From the IMG/VR virus record IMGVR_UViG_3300029288_006769, positions 250,367-314,366 of that record: a stretch of 64,000 bases of DNA; one strand, 5' to 3'. A program made the translations under genes and the position numbers. This stretch comes from a virus. Position 1 is the first letter of the stretch. Each line of letters opens with the position of its first letter. Below, piece after piece: positions 1 to 9,502 of the stretch. Below the pieces are notes generated by a model that was given only the letters and a program-made list of their open reading frames with translations, had not been told where the DNA came from and did no database searches.

Positions 1-3000
1 CTCCAGGAATATAAATTTTATCGCCAGCCTTAAACTCTTCCCAATGTCCGACATTCCATTTATAGTATATTTTTTCTACACCCGAAAGATTATCCGTTGC
101 TTCTAAAGTTATTTCAGGACCACCTTGCTGACCTGGTTCGGGTGGAGTAACATACCAACCATTTGTACCATCAGGATCATAGCTAGATGATACTGTCGTT
201 ATTGGCGGTTCGCTATCAAGTTTGTAATTTTTTGTTCCTGTCGGACTTTGATTGTTTTCATTATCTACAGAATAATACTCAAGATTCCAATAATTATCAG
301 ATGGAAGTATAAAAGGTGCTACATAAGGAATAAAAACAACTGTTTCAGTGAAGGTATGAGGATATGCAGTTTCATCAAGCCCAAAAACTTCATTTGTGGC
401 ATCATTGCTCAGAACAGCCAAAAATTTTATCTCAGAACTTGCATTTGCTGTTCCTGCTGTCGGAGAAGTAAGTGTTATATAACTATTACCTGTTTCACCT
501 GATGAATTTGTTTCTGTAGCTATTGTTTGACCAGTAATTGCATTTATTGCAGAAATTATTTCCGTTATAGTAGTTTGAGAGGGTATTACCCCTGCAATAT
601 CAACTTCTAGAGGATTTCCGCTTTGATCTATTTCTAGTTTAACATAATGATTGACCGAAAGATCTACTGTCGATGAGATGTCTACAGTACTTGTATATTT
701 CGCTGTTGTTGTCTTGCCTACCTCACTAAGCTTGTATTGTATTTCTTTAACTCCAGATGGGTCAATTGCAACAATACTAATGTCAGGTGATTCTGTATAC
801 CAACCACTTTTTCCATTGATATGAAAACTCTCAAAAACATAAGTTCCTGGGCCTTCTGTATCTATGAAAACTTCTATTTGATTTGACCTTACAATTTCAG
901 CATTTCCAGCAACATCCACAGAGAAATATCTTACTGTATAAGTGCCTGATGTGGAAATAACAACTGATGAGCCTGACGGAGATGAAGTTGTGGGCGTCGA
1001 ACCGTCCAAAGTAAAATATGTCTTATCTGTTCCAGAATGAAGATCTGACGTATAGAAATTTATTGTTACAGGTTCAGTATGTAGACCCAGAATAATATCA
1101 TCCTGAGTAAAAGGAGGTTCAGCATCACACTTGAAAAAGAATGTTTTTACATCTTCTACATTTCCAGCATTGTCTTCTGAAAAACATTGTAAAGTATGAA
1201 CACCTTGCTCTGGTAACATAAATGGTGTTGTATATTCTTGGAAAGTACCCGAATTCAATCTATAAAAAGTTCTATACACACCAGAAGATTCATCTGTCGC
1301 AATTAAAGTTATTGTCGGATTTGTTTTGTACCACCCATTAGAACCATCAGGTGGTGCAGCCGAATATGTTGTTATGGGTGGTACATCATCTAATCTTAAA
1401 ATATCAGTTTTTGTTCGTTCTGTATATCCAAGACCCTCGGCTTGTCTAATAAGGTCTACAGAGAAATATTTGATTGTTATTGGACCTTGACGGTTCAAAA
1501 TTTCAAAACGTGTTGTTTTATTATCAGGTTCAGTTGGTCCATAAGAAGATAATGTCGTTGGTTCAGAGCCATCAGTAGTATAATAGGTTCTCAACAATCC
1601 CGCTGGTATATCATGTTCTGTATTTGCAAAATCATTTGCAACAAGTTCAACAACAAAATTCTTATGTCTATTCCATTCTACAGGAATATCGCTTATTGTG
1701 ATCGGAGGAATTCTATCGTTTGGAGGTTTTGTTAAATCTGTTATATATATTGTCACTGGGAATTGCGGGACACTGATATCACCTCTATTGTCTGTAGCTA
1801 TAGCTGTCAAGATATGTGTGCCAACTTCAAGATTGTGAATGACATGCGTATATGGAAGAAGCGTGTCTTCACCTACTTTGATGCCATCAGCAAAAAATTC
1901 GACTTTGACTATAGTGCCATCAGTATCAGTTGCTACTGCTCTTACAAAAATACTTGAATCTTTGGCAAAAGTCATTCCAGTTGTTGGCTCTGTTATTTCA
2001 CAAACAGGTGGAACATTTCCTCTCACTTCAAAATTAACTGGTAATGACGTAAAAGATAGAGCATAACTATTTGTTGCTCTTGCTGTAAGCGTATAATTAC
2101 CATTTACAACATCTTCAACAACAAACCTGTATATAGTTCCAGTATGAGGTGTTGTTTGTTCACCTACTTTTACAGGACCTGAACCCGAATCCATGAAAAA
2201 TTCGACTAATGTTATAGTCCCCGACAATGTTTGAGCATCAACAAGGATTTCTACATCAGTCGGTGATGTGTCAAAAACATGTCCTTCTTCAGGTTCTATA
2301 ATTTCACAAGTAGGATAAACAGCTCCTATAACTTCTATTGTTATTGGTTCTGACACACCCGTAATATTTAATTCATTTGTTGCTCTTACAGTTAAAATAT
2401 AACTGCCTGAAGCTGTAATAGTTGCTACACAACTATAAGGTGCTGTAAAATCTTCTCCTACTTTTACTGGACCTGATCCGTCATCTACAAAAAATTCCAC
2501 ATACTGTACGTCAGTAACATTTGAAGATGCTATCGCATTTATTTGCAAACCAAAAGGTGGTATTTGGATGAAAACTTGACCATCAGTAGGTAAAGTGATA
2601 CTACATTCAGGTACCATCCATTGAAAGACAGGGTAATCGCCTTCAGAACTTAACCACTGTGCATAAAGGGAAGTGTTCCCTGCAATTAGTAAAGGAAATA
2701 AAGGAGAATAACTCGTTCCTGTTCCATCAGGCAAAGTGTTCCAAACATTGAAGATATAACCCGTACGAGAAAGACTCCCTGAACTAAGTACTATTGTTTC
2801 TTCTCCAATTGCATACGTATTTGAATCTACTGGTACTGTTCCACCTGTGCTACCATTACCAAAATATTGCACAGAAAAGACAGCTATCCATTCAGCATAT
2901 AGTGTCAAATTCAGAGTAGTTATAAACTCTTGGCCTAATTCATAATGTGTTCCCTGACCATTCGCTTGAGTATTCCATCCATTAAATCTATAGCCAGTTC

Positions 3001-5326
3001 TCGATAAAGAACCAGTGTTATTCAATGTCGTTATAACACCATAGGGCAGATAATAATTAACATCTATTGGTGCTGTCCCACCAGTGTTGTCATTTCCATT
3101 GTATGTTACTTGAAGTCTCCATTCGGCATAAAGTGTCAGACTTGTTGCTGGCATCAAAAAAGTGCCTGATGGGTCATAATGGATTCCTGCACCACTTGCT
3201 TGTGTATTCCATCCTGAAAATATTAAATCTGTTTTCGAAAGGCTGCCTGTATTTCCAAGAACTGTTACTGCGTCTCCTTCTTGATAAACATTAGAATCTA
3301 CAGGTACAGTCCCAGATACATTGCCATTTCCGTCATATAAAACTTGGAGAGCAGGTGATGCTACTTCATAAGCTCCAATACTTGGAGGGTTAGCAAAAGC
3401 AATTCCCAACAGATCTGTTAAGGGTGAAGTGCTCCTTGTTATACCAGCATGATATGCTGGGCTTGTATTGTCAATTGCTAATTCATTTGGCGAAATCTCT
3501 AAATATAACGGATCCGAAGTAGTTTCTGTAACATCTGGACTAAATGTTATATAATTAAATCCTCCAGTGCAGATATTATGATCGTGGACAAAATTAGTAA
3601 TTATAGCATCATAGGAAATATCTATAGTAAATACGCCATTTCTCATGGTGTTATTATAAATCTCAACAACATCTATTGTAGTGTCATAAAACTCCAAGTA
3701 GAGATTGCAGTTTTCAAATGAATTGTTTATTATTAAAACTTCTTCAAACAAACCATTGTCAGAAGTATAAATGGCATAAGCATCATCAAAAAAGTTCCTA
3801 AAACTATTCCCTACAAATTTAATAGGTTTTCCTGAATAAATTGTTATTGCACTGTATGCGTAGCCACCACCATTAAATTTGCAATTTATTACTTCATCTG
3901 GATCATAACAAATTGTTGTCCATTCAGCATCAGAATCCGAAACATTAAAAGTAATGTTGTACAATGATACTTCTTCAAAATAACAAGAACTAATTTCAAC
4001 TATTGTCGTCTGTGGATTTTCACCAATTATTTTTACACCAGTTGCAGTAAAATTATTCCAGTCATTTGGTTCATATACAGTTCCAAACACATAAACTATC
4101 CAGTTAGGTTGCCATGCTTCACTTGGAACTGTATAAAAAAGATTTGTAAGATTGGTAGCAGCTTTTTGTCTTGTGTCATAAGGATAAACACCATCTCCTG
4201 TTGCTTCTACATAAAAAATTCCGCTTAAGGGATAGAGCGTCCATTGAGCATATAAAGTGTGCAATGTTGTAATTGCAAATGTGTCACCAGGGTTATATGT
4301 CGTACCTGTACCATTAGCAACGGTATTCCAGTTATTGAAAGTATACGCGAATCGAGCAAGACTTCCGGGCTCCATAACTGTTGCTGTGTCTCCTGGATTG
4401 TAAAAATTAGAATCAACAGGAGCTGGACTTCCTCCATTACCATTATATGTTACTGTATATGTTTCTTTCCAGACATCATTATAATACACAGCGCCTAGAA
4501 GGCCTCCTATTAAATGAGCATTATCGTGAAAATTCACTAATGCAAATTCTGAACGTGCCGATCTAGCCGCTATTTGCGTAACCTGTGTAAAATTTATACC
4601 ATCAGGTGATGTCCATACGCTACTAATCTGTAACACAACAAGTTGATTTCCAGCATTATTTACAATCGCTCTATCTGTTGTATCTGAAAATGGTGCATTT
4701 CCCAAAGAACTCCATGTTGTTCCATTATCCTGAGAACATCTGATAACGAAATTACCACTATGACTTCCTGCTGAACCTGCTTGCCCATCATATAACCACA
4801 AATCCCCTAAAAATGATATGAGAAAACATTGTCTTAATGTCGTGCCAAAATTAGCAGTTTCTAATGTCCAATTAAGTCCATCTGATGAACTGTAAACATC
4901 AGAATAAAAACTAGAACCTCCTCCATTATATCCACCAGCTATATACATTCTATTGTTATGAATACAATAACCAAATTGATGTCTGATACCCCATGATGCC
5001 GATGCTGTAACCTGTGTCCATGTAACTGCATCATCAGAACTCCAGACATCATTATAGGGAATACCTGAATCTGGAGAACCTCCAAATATCCAAAACTTGT
5101 TATCATAAAAAAGAAATCCAGGACCATACCTACTTGACCAAGCAGCTGAATTTGTCACTACTTCCCAATTGATTCCATCTGCAGATCTCCAAACATCATT
5201 CACTCTTACGCCAGCAACAACACCTCCAGCGATATATATATAACCATTAGCTACGGTAGCTGAATGTCCATATCTATCCGACCAAGCTGCAGAATCTACG
5301 ATCTTTGACCATCTGTTAAGATTCAT
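1..5326 (-). CDS. Giant virion/tail-fiber-like protein, partial; the C-terminus runs past position 1 (>=1775 codons in window). N-terminal BNR/Kelch-like beta-propeller followed by tandem Ig-like and CHB_HEX_C-like domains
   Basis: I translated the minus strand by hand from the ATG at 5326 (MNLNRWSKIVDSAAWSDRYGHSATVANGYIYIAGG...DVWRSADGINWE...) through about 4380 with no stop. Spot checks near 2040-2100 and 1-60 stay open in the same frame. An in-frame TGA sits upstream at 5351-5353. The ORF is missing from the track only because it has no stop inside the window. Recurring 'NDVW(S/R)S.DG.NW' propeller blades, and later 'YFTLDGSTPT' / 'VKVEFFADG' Ig-like modules. Confidence 0.7.
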   Translation of the reverse strand, partial: MNLNRWSKIVDSAAWSDRYGHSATVANGYIYIAGGVVAGVRVNDVWRSADGINWEVVTNSAAWSSRYGPGFLFYDNKFWIFGGSPDSGIPYNDVWSSDDAVTWTQVTASASWGIRHQFGYCIHNNRMYIAGGYNGGGSSFYSDVYSSSDGLNWTLETANFGTTLRQCFLISFLGDLWLYDGQAGSAGSHSGNFVIRCSQDNGTTWSSLGNAPFSDTTDRAIVNNAGNQLVVLQISSVWTSPDGINFTQVTQIAARSARSEFALVNFHDNAHLIGGLLGAVYYNDVWKETYTVTYNGNGGSPAPVDSNFYNPGDTATVMEPGSLARFAYTFNNWNTVANGTGTTYNPGDTFAITTLHTLYAQWTLYPLSGIFYVEATGDGVYPYDTRQKAATNLTNLFYTVPSEAWQPNWIVYVFGTVYEPNDWNNFTATGVKIIGENPQTTIVEISSCYFEEVSLYNITFNVSDSDAEWTTICYDPDEVINCKFNGGGYAYSAITIYSGKPIKFVGNSFRNFFDDAYAIYTSDNGLFEEVLIINNSFENCNLYLEFYDTTIDVVEIYNNTMRNGVFTIDISYDAIITNFVHDHNICTGGFNYITFSPDVTETTSDPLYLEISPNELAIDNTSPAYHAGITRSTSPLTDLLGIAFANPPSIGAYEVASPALQVLYDGNGNVSGTVPVDSNVYQEGDAVTVLGNTGSLSKTDLIFSGWNTQASGAGIHYDPSGTFLMPATSLTLYAEWRLQVTYNGNDNTGGTAPIDVNYYLPYGVITTLNNTGSLSRTGYRFNGWNTQANGQGTHYELGQEFITTLNLTLYAEWIAVFSVQYFGNGSTGGTVPVDSNTYAIGEETIVLSSGSLSRTGYIFNVWNTLPDGTGTSYSPLFPLLIAGNTSLYAQWLSSEGDYPVFQWMVPECSITLPTDGQVFIQIPPFGLQINAIASSNVTDVQYVEFFVDDGSGPVKVGEDFTAPYSCVATITASGSYILTVRATNELNITGVSEPITIEVIGAVYPTCEIIEPEEGHVFDTSPTDVEILVDAQTLSGTITLVEFFMDSGSGPVKVGEQTTPHTGTIYRFVVEDVVNGNYTLTARATNSYALSFTSLPVNFEVRGNVPPVCEITEPTTGMTFAKDSSIFVRAVATDTDGTIVKVEFFADGIKVGEDTLLPYTHVIHNLEVGTHILTAIATDNRGDISVPQFPVTIYITDLTKPPNDRIPPITISDIPVEWNRHKNFVVELVANDFANTEHDIPAGLLRTYYTTDGSEPTTLSSYGPTEPDNKTTRFEILNRQGPITIKYFSVDLIRQAEGLGYTERTKTDILRLDDVPPITTYSAAPPDGSNGWYKTNPTITLIATDESSGVYRTFYRLNSGTFQEYTTPFMLPEQGVHTLQCFSEDNAGNVEDVKTFFFKCDAEPPFTQDDIILGLHTEPVTINFYTSDLHSGTDKTYFTLDGSTPTTSSPSGSSVVISTSGTYTVRYFSVDVAGNAEIVRSNQIEVFIDTEGPGTYVFESFHINGKSGWYTESPDISIVAIDPSGVKEIQYKLSEVGKTTTAKYTSTVDISSTVDLSVNHYVKLEIDQSGNPLEVDIAGVIPSQTTITEIISAINAITGQTIATETNSSGETGNSYITLTSPTAGTANASSEIKFLAVLSNDATNEVFGLDETAYPHTFTETVVFIPYVAPFILPSDNYWNLEYYSVDNENNQSPTGTKNYKLDSEPPITTVSSSYDPDGTNGWYVTPPEPGQQGGPEITLEATDNLSGVEKIYYKWNVGHWEEFKAGDKIYIPG

Positions 5327-5360
5327 AATTGACCTTTTATATCTCGTTTCTCATGGGTTC

Positions 5361-8300
5361 TTAAATCCCAATTTTTAGAATTTTACCTGCGCTATAACAG
5401 TTAGCTATTCTTGTATCTGCATTATGCGATTTATTACCCCAAAATCCACCTACATAATTTGTCTGATTAATTGGCGATGACGTACATTCATCGCCAATTC
5501 TGTTTATTTCCCATCTACTTGCATGTGTCAAATCTACTTGGCCAGAAAGAAATAAACTTGTCGTATAAAGATTGGTACTCATATTTTCGCCATCAAGCTG
5601 CCCTACATTCACATTATTTACATACACATTAGTTCTACAACCAAGATTCTCACAAATGATAGAAAATTTCTTATAAAAAATATGCGATTCACTATATACT
5701 AGAACATCAGAATTATTGTTTTGATAAGCAAAAATATTTATGCCCTCAGGATAAGTCGGATGATCAGCACCATAAATTACAGCTCTAAATCCATAAACAA
5801 ATTGATTAGAATAATCTAAATATCCGTATGTAATGGTAGAACTTCCCCCTGGAACTTCATTGCCTTTCGGTATAAAATCAAAATACAATTTTGTTCTTCT
5901 GATAGAAGAATCAATATTCCATTCTGAATTAAAATATTCACTGGTACTAGAATTTGCAACAATATCAATACCTGTATTAGAGTATGTACTTGTAAAATTA
6001 CTAGAACCTGAAATCAATGAACAGAAAGGTTCTGAAGAAGATCGACAATATGTATTTCTTGTAACCAAATGGACTTTGGGAAATGTATAGTTAATATTAA
6101 TTCTAGAAAAACAATCAACACTATTGCTCTCTCCATAACCGATGAATCCTCCCACGCCCCAATATCCCGAAAAACTTGTCGATAATTCTCCCCATGAAAA
6201 ACATTGTTCTATACGATCTCTTGTGAACATATTTCCTGCAAAACCACCAATGTGCCCAGCACCTGTAGGTACTGTCATCGACATTATGCTAAAACATTTT
6301 TTGATATTTCCAGCATTGTATAGACTACCTATAAAACCACCTATGTCGCTTGTAGAATAAGCAACAGAATTTGTACATGTCAAAGATCCACGTGCATAGC
6401 AATTAAAAATTCTTCCGCTATTTACACCAACATCACCACCAAATCCCCCAACTTTGTTAGAGCTAACATAACTTCGCACATCACCCTTGAAATAGCAATT
6501 TTCAATTCTTTCAATTTGAGCATTAAGATAACCAGCAAAACCACCAGTACTTGAAGCTCCTTCGACATCACCAATAATATAACAATCCAATATATGAGAC
6601 ATGGGACCTGAAGCATAACCCAAAAAACCACCAATACCATAGGTACCTGGTTGACCTGAAACTTGTGAAACTACATTCCCAATTACATGACATCTATTCA
6701 TACTACAGCTACCATAACCAATGAATCCACCCATGCCAAAAGACCCGTAATTAACACGAACATCACCTTCAAAATAACAATCTGAAATTTCTTGCCCTGA
6801 ATTAGGCGTCCATATATTACCTATAAAACCTGATACGCCATAAGTACCATAGATAGTACAAAGAGCATGGGAATTACGTATTGTTCCAACTAAAGAACAA
6901 TATCCTATGAGTCCTCCAACATAAGAACCACCAGAAACTGTACCCTCAGCAACACAATTTTCCATACTCAACAGATCGTATACATATCCAAGCAAACCCC
7001 CTGCATTACTCGAGCTATTTATCATGCTTTCAGCTGTCGTTATAAAAGCTTGACATGTTGACACTGTTATTGAACTTGAGTATGCAGCTAATGAACCATA
7101 TTGACCCGAAGAATTGACATCAAAAATCACGGAACATCTAGAAATATCACCATAATTGAAAGTACATACAAGACCTCCACAATTAGTGCCAGTAGCTTGA
7201 ACATCAGCAGAACAATCTACAATATCTGTATAATATGATTCTCGGATCAAACCTCCACAAAGATCTCCATTAAATATTCCAGAAACATGACAGGTATCAA
7301 TTAAACCATGAGGGCTCACATATTCTAGATTAAAACTGCCGACTAAACCTGCTACATAACGTCCTGTTATGTTGACATCTTCTAAATTGACATTTCTAAA
7401 TGTAGAATTCCTACAACGACAAAATAAAGCTGCAAAACCAAGTGTTTCTGGCTCTGGTGCAGGAGGTGCCGGTCTGTTTATGTAAAGATTTGAAATTTGA
7501 AAATTGCCCCCATCATAAGTTCCAGAAAAATGATTATAACCATCATAACGTGAAATGGGATCAAATCCTAGACCTGCATTCCAGTTTATTGTATCGGCTG
7601 CATCTATGTCCACTGTTTGTAAATAATTATCATGTAATGCATATCCTGGTACACTTGTTAAAGCATTACCAGGGGAACCGATAAGTTGTAATTTTTCGAG
7701 TGTATCTACAGCAAACGTTGTCCCTGCATAAGCATCTATATAATTGTTTTTTGTTACTGAACCCGTGTCTATTCCATTGTCTACAGATAGAGAAATATTG
7801 TAAGTCCCTCTTATGAAAGTGTGAGATGGGTCTTGAGCTATGCTTGTGTATCCATCATTAAATGTCCACAAATATGATTGTATTGGAAAATCAGATTCAG
7901 CTGTCAAAAAAGAAAAATTTATTGTAGCAGGTGCTAAATCAAATAATTTGTCGCTTGTGAAATCAACGACACCCATTGTATCGTATCTAAAAAGACAAGT
8001 TTGACAATCTGTTACAAAATACAATTTATTTTCGGCGATCTCAAGAGAAACTATCCAATGAGACACACTACCATTCTGAAACATATTTTCAAATTCGGTT
8101 TCTTGCGTGTTAAGGCGATATACATATCCATCTGTACTCCCAAGATATAATCTGTTATAATAAACGAGAAAAACTTCACCAGTGATATGACTAGGAATAC
8201 TAGAAGCTAATGTGTCCCATGCTGTCTCTGTTCCATTTAGACGAAGCAAGTCATATGCAGAACTATAAGCAGTGCTATATAATTGATTATTGTATACGCA

Positions 8301-8888
8301 GAGGTTATAGAAATCATTACCACTTACTACAACTTCCCAAGCATTTTCCGCTTGATTCACTTTAACTAACCCATAATTAGCCATATTTCCATAAATAGTA
8401 TTATTGAAAATTGCTAGACTAAGCACGTGATCACCCAAATAACTAAGACGCGGACAAACAGTTTCCCAAGCATCCCCCGCTAAATTCAGACGAAGTAATT
8501 CGCCTGTTGTTGTACTAGAATACAATCTGTTGTTAAAAACTAAAAGTTTGTGAATACCAGCAGATGTTGAAATGACTTGTATAACAGCATCTCCGGTGTC
8601 ATTTAATCTCCATAAACCCCCAGTATTGGTTGTCGCCATATAAAGTTTATTGTCAAACTCAATTGTTCTGAATTGATACGGAATTTCTCCAGTATATGGT
8701 ATTTCAAGTCTTTGATCCCAGGTGTCAAGAGAACTATTCGCTCTATACAAATAAGCACCAATAATGCCATCCGAACAAGAACCGCCCCCATGCCAAGATG
8801 TCGCCAAATAAACTCTTCCTTGAAAATAGCGCAGACTGTGCCCTGTTTTCGAATCATTCATTGGAGTCAAAGTTCTATAAAAACCCAT
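5361..8888 (-). CDS. Tail fiber/receptor-binding-like protein (1175 aa): N-terminal beta-propeller repeats, a PKD-like domain, a long array of GLUG-type 'GGF(I/A/G)GY' repeats, and a distinct C-terminal domain
   Basis: Repeats 'NN(R/Q)LY...(L/Y)LRLN' (propeller blades). 'YLWTFNDGYTSIAQDPSHTF..GTYNISLSV' (PKD-like). More than 10 copies of 'GGF.GY / GGLIGY / GGFAGN' (GLUG-like). GGAG SD upstream. Confidence 0.8.
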   Translation of the reverse strand: MGFYRTLTPMNDSKTGHSLRYFQGRVYLATSWHGGGSCSDGIIGAYLYRANSSLDTWDQRLEIPYTGEIPYQFRTIEFDNKLYMATTNTGGLWRLNDTGDAVIQVISTSAGIHKLLVFNNRLYSSTTTGELLRLNLAGDAWETVCPRLSYLGDHVLSLAIFNNTIYGNMANYGLVKVNQAENAWEVVVSGNDFYNLCVYNNQLYSTAYSSAYDLLRLNGTETAWDTLASSIPSHITGEVFLVYYNRLYLGSTDGYVYRLNTQETEFENMFQNGSVSHWIVSLEIAENKLYFVTDCQTCLFRYDTMGVVDFTSDKLFDLAPATINFSFLTAESDFPIQSYLWTFNDGYTSIAQDPSHTFIRGTYNISLSVDNGIDTGSVTKNNYIDAYAGTTFAVDTLEKLQLIGSPGNALTSVPGYALHDNYLQTVDIDAADTINWNAGLGFDPISRYDGYNHFSGTYDGGNFQISNLYINRPAPPAPEPETLGFAALFCRCRNSTFRNVNLEDVNITGRYVAGLVGSFNLEYVSPHGLIDTCHVSGIFNGDLCGGLIRESYYTDIVDCSADVQATGTNCGGLVCTFNYGDISRCSVIFDVNSSGQYGSLAAYSSSITVSTCQAFITTAESMINSSSNAGGLLGYVYDLLSMENCVAEGTVSGGSYVGGLIGYCSLVGTIRNSHALCTIYGTYGVSGFIGNIWTPNSGQEISDCYFEGDVRVNYGSFGMGGFIGYGSCSMNRCHVIGNVVSQVSGQPGTYGIGGFLGYASGPMSHILDCYIIGDVEGASSTGGFAGYLNAQIERIENCYFKGDVRSYVSSNKVGGFGGDVGVNSGRIFNCYARGSLTCTNSVAYSTSDIGGFIGSLYNAGNIKKCFSIMSMTVPTGAGHIGGFAGNMFTRDRIEQCFSWGELSTSFSGYWGVGGFIGYGESNSVDCFSRININYTFPKVHLVTRNTYCRSSSEPFCSLISGSSNFTSTYSNTGIDIVANSSTSEYFNSEWNIDSSIRRTKLYFDFIPKGNEVPGGSSTITYGYLDYSNQFVYGFRAVIYGADHPTYPEGINIFAYQNNNSDVLVYSESHIFYKKFSIICENLGCRTNVYVNNVNVGQLDGENMSTNLYTTSLFLSGQVDLTHASRWEINRIGDECTSSPINQTNYVGGFWGNKSHNADTRIANCYSAGKILKIGI

Positions 8889-8891
8889 TGT

Positions 8892-9098
8892 TTACTCCAC
8901 TATTTCGATTTTTTCTAATAGATCTACAGCTGGTAAAAGATTTGACGTGACAAACATGTCATATGTACCATTATTTTCTCTAGATTTATTCATATTTAAC
9001 ATCACTGGACCATCTACAGGCGGACTTGGTACAATGTTGATACGATTCAAATTGAATTCTCGTATTTTTCCACCAGATAATGTCACCTTGAGCTTCAT
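8892..9098 (-). CDS. Small hypothetical protein (68 aa), possibly a fiber-associated or chaperone protein
   Basis: ATG preceded by a perfect AAGGAG SD (rc of 9099-9120). Packed 3 nt upstream of the next gene. Confidence 0.5.
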   Translation of the reverse strand: MKLKVTLSGGKIREFNLNRINIVPSPPVDGPVMLNMNKSRENNGTYDMFVTSNLLPAVDLLEKIEIVE

Positions 9099-9108
9099 AA
9101 TTTACTCC

Positions 9109-9486
9109 TTATAATGTTTCGTCTAAATGCCAGACAGTTTCGAAATCCCACCCTACATAGGTACTCTGTATACCCATTTCTGTTGTAGTTTTTCCTTCAC
9201 CTAAAGCTGACGTAGAAATTCCAGAAAGAATAATATCCCAATATGATTGGTTCACAACAAACCATTGGGCATAAAGTGTAGTATCTTCAGTTATATAAAA
9301 ACCATCACCTGATCTATAACTTAAACCGGAACCATCAATTGAAGTATTCCAACATGAAAAAAATTCAGTATCTTTAACAAGATCCCCTTTGTCAAGTACT
9401 GTTACAAAACTGCCCTCAGAATAATCAACAAGATCAACTGGTGAAGTTCCTCCAGTATTTCCATTACCATCGTAAAAAACTCTCAT
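9109..9486 (-). CDS. Small protein with a Listeria-Bacteroides repeat (Flg_new / InlB B-repeat-like) domain
   Basis: 'VFYDGNGNTGGTSP...G....L.KGD....F..WNTS.DGSG.SYRSGD......TTLYAQW' matches the Flg_new consensus pattern. Confidence 0.65.
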   Translation of the reverse strand: MRVFYDGNGNTGGTSPVDLVDYSEGSFVTVLDKGDLVKDTEFFSCWNTSIDGSGLSYRSGDGFYITEDTTLYAQWFVVNQSYWDIILSGISTSALGEGKTTTEMGIQSTYVGWDFETVWHLDETL

Positions 9487-9502
9487 GATGAACCCTTCAA
9501 TA

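Noticed and set aside
1-5330. Apparent 5-kb ORF desert, which suggested stop-codon reassignment (as in recoded phages)
   Set aside because: Hand translation in the standard code gives a continuous minus-strand ORF from 5326 to the window edge. The track omits it only because it has no stop inside the window.
8603-8857. Minus-strand ORFs lying inside larger minus-strand genes in another frame. The listed ORF 8603..8857 is one example. The others are 4225..4443, 4939..5127, 6422..6640, 15129..15326, 16549..16737, 41603..41863, 42992..43192, 43838..44035, 58820..59023 and 60777..60962
   Set aside because: Each lies fully inside a long ORF that carries domain evidence, and each has no independent signals.
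8858-8895. A 1-nt disagreement between my by-eye indexing and the track around the 8888 start and 8892 stop
   Set aside because: Most likely my reading of a homopolymer A-run. Other anchors (8857, 9098, 25321, 59456) agree with the track, so I kept the track coordinates.
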